This document shows positions 61,701 to 64,000 of a stretch of DNA of 64,000 bases, piece after piece. Location: NCBI GenBank assembly GCA_017548525.1, contig JAFYZV010000230.1, positions 2,981-66,980 of the forward strand, given 5' to 3'. The notes below the pieces were generated by a model, which had not been told where the DNA came from, ran no database searches, and worked only from the letters and a program-made list of their open reading frames with translations. This DNA is from Prevotella sp. GTDB taxonomy: Bacteria; Bacteroidota; Bacteroidia; Bacteroidales; Bacteroidaceae. Positions within the stretch are counted from its first letter, which is position 1. The number at the start of each line of letters is the position of its first letter. A program made the translations under genes and the position numbers.

Positions 61701-62777
61701 ACGGAAGTGGAACGGGTGAATATGCCTTCGGGAACCATCACCTTCAATACCTATTCTTCCACATACGCAGGGGATGACCCCATCACGGGAAGCATCAACA
61801 TCCCTGCAAGGCTTTTCCATCAAGGAGACAACTTGATAGCTGTTGAGGTGCATAACAATAGCGCGACATCAAGCGATTTGTTCTGGGCAGCCCGTCTCAA
61901 CACATCGGTAGGTGCAACTGGCGATGAGTTTGTTTCCACAGAAGCTATCATCGACCTGCCCTCTGACAATTTCGTTAGCTTAACGGCTTGTTTCTCTCCC
62001 ATACCAGAGGAAGAACGATTGGCACAAGGCATTACGCCTGTTCGCATCAACGAGGTGAGTGCCGCCAACAATATTTATGTGAATGAATATTGGAAACGCA
62101 ACGATTGGGTGGAGTTGTACAACACCACCGACCAACCCATTGACGTTGAAGGGATGTATCTCACCACCAATAAAGCCAAGTCATCGGCTACTTACAAAAT
62201 CAGTAAAGATGAGAGTGGGGCAGAAACCATCATCCAACCTCATGGCTACCTTGTTATCTGGTGTGACAAACTGACTCCTGTTAGTCAACTCCATGCCTCT
62301 TTCAAACTCGATGCCGATGGTGCTGATGTGGTTCTTACTTCCGCTGATGGCTCATGGAGTGATCGTTTGGTCTATCCTGAACATCAAGAAGACGAGTCAG
62401 TTGGCCGTTATCCTGATGGCAACAACAATGTGTTTGTCATGAATGTTCCCACCATCGCAAAGGCGAATATCACGACAAGTTACCAAGTGGGAGTGGAGCA
62501 GCCAGACCCAACGGGAATCCGCCAATTGATGGCAGAACAAACAACCCCGCTCACGGTGCGCTATGTATTGGGTAGCTTGGTTGCCAGAGGCAATGCGAAT
62601 GAGAGGATTCACGTGAACATCTACAACTTAGCGGGACAATTCGTCGCACAAAAAGAGGCTCAGATGAATGCTGGCTATGTGGAAGTGCCTGTCGGAGATT
62701 TGTCTACTGGATGTTACCTTGCCCGTATTAGTGGGGTTCATGGAAACCAGACAACCTGCAAGTTTATCCAAAAGTAA
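58770..62777 (+). CDS. CotH kinase family protein with lamin-tail domains, CBM-like module and T9SS tail
   Basis: IINELMASN..DSWIEIYN (LTD), YTTDGSVP, SGGWTR/SFKLK/DWPHNN/FDLDF kinase motifs, second LTD, IYNLAGQ...TCKFIQK; promoter TTTG-N20-TAATTTTG ends at 58702. Confidence 0.85.
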   Translation: MIWSILQTTILIINELMASNVGTAMSPATNFDSWIEIYNPSEQPVDLSGCFLSDDANNLMRWCMPNNIGSVPAKGFKVIWLGSNDIKNNQAPFKLDCDGGTIYLSDKDGQLIVKQDYPEAMSRTSYARKTDGTGDWGWTADATPGATNATATFADKRLDPPVVDQDSKLFNGMMTVNVNIPEGTTLVYTTDGSVPLAPHGSVVTPGWQDLIVNGNCEGDNVTCLVGKDGDGGGELVTHILEGVGYNGSRGIKVHAIANPSQDWDTQFFVYTPNHVWNAGDKFRFTMKVRADKNAHISVQSHAEPSNYIHWTMLDGGYNVTTTWQEISYEGNISDQQAGFSGMQTIAFNLNELRTYDNNFYFDDISWECYNSSDGGVVGNISETGTFNIVNTTNLCFRLFKEGWLPSVPVTRSYIKTTNEYTIPVISIVGNKKYFTDNQWGIDTRGTNGKTGNGQSSKCNWNMPWERPVNFSFITPEGVMAYNQDVEISVSGGWTRSASPRSFKLKSGKEFDGKNTLDYPFFPQKPYLRNKTILLRNGGNDVWDHNGSRFMDPALQTIIQRADINLDLQSYVPIIEYVNGEFRGVLNMREPNNKKFVEANFGYDDDKIDMFEMSADSNVVFMVGTKDVLERIYELGEHATDAGAYEELKQILDIDEFTNYMAVELYIGSTDWPHNNIKGFRSQEDGRYRFVTFDLDFAFQNSNPFTAFANDQWHKFNLIYDTNEERYEEIKLVTFFLNLLSNDEFRKKFIDTFCLIGGSVFEKERATAIVNELADRVRPMMQLDNWRSPDTSANLIISKLNTLTESMTTCMQNFKYMKLSGVKKQSVQLSTDTEGANLYVNGIEVPYADFNGYLFAPVQLEAKAPAGYSFTGWKKSVSATNELFGLNSTWKYYDKGAMSSTVWRTPGYSDTSWSSGESPLGYKTPGIKTTVSYGSNANQKNPTTYFRKTVNLSKAPSNNDVFILDYQVDDGFVLYVNGTEVERVNMPSGTITFNTYSSTYAGDDPITGSINIPARLFHQGDNLIAVEVHNNSATSSDLFWAARLNTSVGATGDEFVSTEAIIDLPSDNFVSLTACFSPIPEEERLAQGITPVRINEVSAANNIYVNEYWKRNDWVELYNTTDQPIDVEGMYLTTNKAKSSATYKISKDESGAETIIQPHGYLVIWCDKLTPVSQLHASFKLDADGADVVLTSADGSWSDRLVYPEHQEDESVGRYPDGNNNVFVMNVPTIAKANITTSYQVGVEQPDPTGIRQLMAEQTTPLTVRYVLGSLVARGNANERIHVNIYNLAGQFVAQKEAQMNAGYVEVPVGDLSTGCYLARISGVHGNQTTCKFIQK

Positions 62778-62780
62778 AGG

Positions 62781-62897
62781 AAAAGAGTAGGTCACGGTAT
62801 GTGCCTACTCCCTCCTTTAGTGGTTAATCTACGTTTGGGACATTTTTTACTCCTATTTTCTTTTCTGAGTTAAATGTAAGTTATGTAGATTTGCATT
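62781..62897 (-). ncRNA. Candidate small RNA (promoter-to-terminator unit without a substantial ORF)
   Basis: Upstream TTTG-N20-TACCTTTG (62902-62933); downstream hairpin 62785-62810 followed by T4 on the minus strand; only 4-8 codon ORFs between them. Confidence 0.45.
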
Positions 62898-62901
62898 GGT
62901 G

Positions 62902-63003
62902 CAAAGGTATGAAAAAGTTTCATATCTTGCAAATGGCAAAATCCACGGAAATGGTCAAATGGCCTGTTTCCGTGGATAAGTGTATGAAAAACGTGGTTAT
63001 TTG
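62902..63003 (-). promoter_or_regulatory. Promoter with three direct-repeat boxes
   Basis: Boxes atggtcaaatg 62951, gtggataagtg 62972 and gtggttatttg 62993, in the same geometry as at 30141 and 35565. Confidence 0.7.
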
Positions 63004-63023
63004 AATTATTTTTTTGAGATTGG

Positions 63024-63875
63024 CTAAAACACCCGACCTACAATTCTGAATGAGATGGCGGGGCAGACGGTTACCTTGCTCATGGCTTTTAAGAACTTGC
63101 CGTCGTCTCCGTCAAAGTCTTGCTCGCTGAGTTTGTGGTCCCGCACATAGACAGAGGGAGTCCCCCAGAATTGCACACCCATGTCGAAACAACAGGCGAA
63201 ACGATGCTTTTCTGGAATGGCTCTTCCGAAGCCGATTCCTAAGTACGGACGGAACTTCTTCACTTGGATGTTGGCGTTCACCTGACCGTTCTGGTCTGGC
63301 TCTAAGAAATAGTCGCCCAGTTCCGCACCAATCTTTTCCCTTCCATCGATGAGGACTCCAACGTTTCCGCCCATGTTATCTGGAAGACCTGTGTATATGC
63401 CTTGTCGCTCGTTGAAGAGGTAGATCTGTTGGAGTATTGCCTTGTTCTCGTCATCCTTGTTGTAGGCTTCCGTGACGATGTCGCTGCCAAAATATCCACC
63501 TGTCGTGAAGTGGAATCCACTGCGTTTGAATGGATAGAGGTCTAAAAGGAAGTGGCCTGTGGATAGGTTGGTTTTTGCTTCCACCTTAATTTTCTCGGGT
63601 AGGTTACTGATGTATGATGCCGCTCCGCTTCTATAATTGATATCCAAGTCTGTGTTGATGGCAATCTTCGGGAAGAAGTTATAGCCGGCACGGATGGCGG
63701 CATAGCGTGTGATGGGTAAGGCAAGTTCGATGGTTCCGCCATTGAGGATGCCTAAACCCACACCGATGGAGGCGTGGTTTACCACTTGGTAAAAGTCTTC
63801 TATTTCTGCTTGACGTTGTGCCTGTGCACCTGTCATGACAAGGAGCAGGAGGCTGGTGATGATGGTTTTTCTCAT
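63024..63875 (-). CDS. Outer-membrane beta-barrel protein
   Basis: Signal peptide, LLDLYPF, RPYLGIGFG, DMGVQFWG and terminal RIVGRVF. Confidence 0.75.
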   Translation of the reverse strand: MRKTIITSLLLLVMTGAQAQRQAEIEDFYQVVNHASIGVGLGILNGGTIELALPITRYAAIRAGYNFFPKIAINTDLDINYRSGAASYISNLPEKIKVEAKTNLSTGHFLLDLYPFKRSGFHFTTGGYFGSDIVTEAYNKDDENKAILQQIYLFNERQGIYTGLPDNMGGNVGVLIDGREKIGAELGDYFLEPDQNGQVNANIQVKKFRPYLGIGFGRAIPEKHRFACCFDMGVQFWGTPSVYVRDHKLSEQDFDGDDGKFLKAMSKVTVCPAISFRIVGRVF

Positions 63876-64000
63876 AATTTTATGGGTTTTAATAGGTTTC
63901 GTAGGTTTATAGGTGTTGTAGGTTTTGCAAATATCAGAAAAATATTTGGATTATGCAAGGAAAACCACCAAAAACTTACGCACACAAACTCCCTATCTGA

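Noticed and set aside
1-64000. tRNA, rRNA, transposase, integrase, prophage or reverse transcriptase genes
   Set aside because: No recognisable sequence or protein motifs for any of these in the ORF track or intergenic regions.

Overview
Chromosomal window from a Bacteroidales organism, most likely Prevotella-like (TAnnTTTG/TTG promoters, SusC/SusD pairs, T9SS C-terminal tails). The left part is mostly housekeeping and catabolic: xylB-xylA, a hut operon with fused FTCD, fur-purA-hisS-CE12, uvrB interrupted by one in-frame TAA, and bamD-rpoZ. The rest is accessory: a TPR/LytS sensor kinase with a LytTR regulator next to an AT-rich secreted-protein operon, a tandem SusCD/fasciclin transporter cassette, an MmeI-family restriction-modification enzyme and two secreted CotH-kinase proteins. 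There are three main unannotated signals. (1) A dockerin-bearing gene whose 3' end has the codon signature and downstream hairpins of a diversity-generating retroelement variable region, with no reverse transcriptase or template repeat in the window. (2) A triple 11-bp direct repeat (21-22 bp period) whose first copy sits exactly 49 bp from the -7 element at three promoters: the two-component operon, the adjacent secreted-protein/small-peptide operon, and a ~115-nt ORF-less unit. This suggests an autoregulated LytTR regulon with a small RNA. (3) A ~530-bp element bounded by ~90-bp inverted repeats that holds a promoter and seven 22-bp palindromic repeats, one of several unrelated 22-bp-period arrays here. 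All calls are by eye from sequence and motif recognition; no database searches were run.
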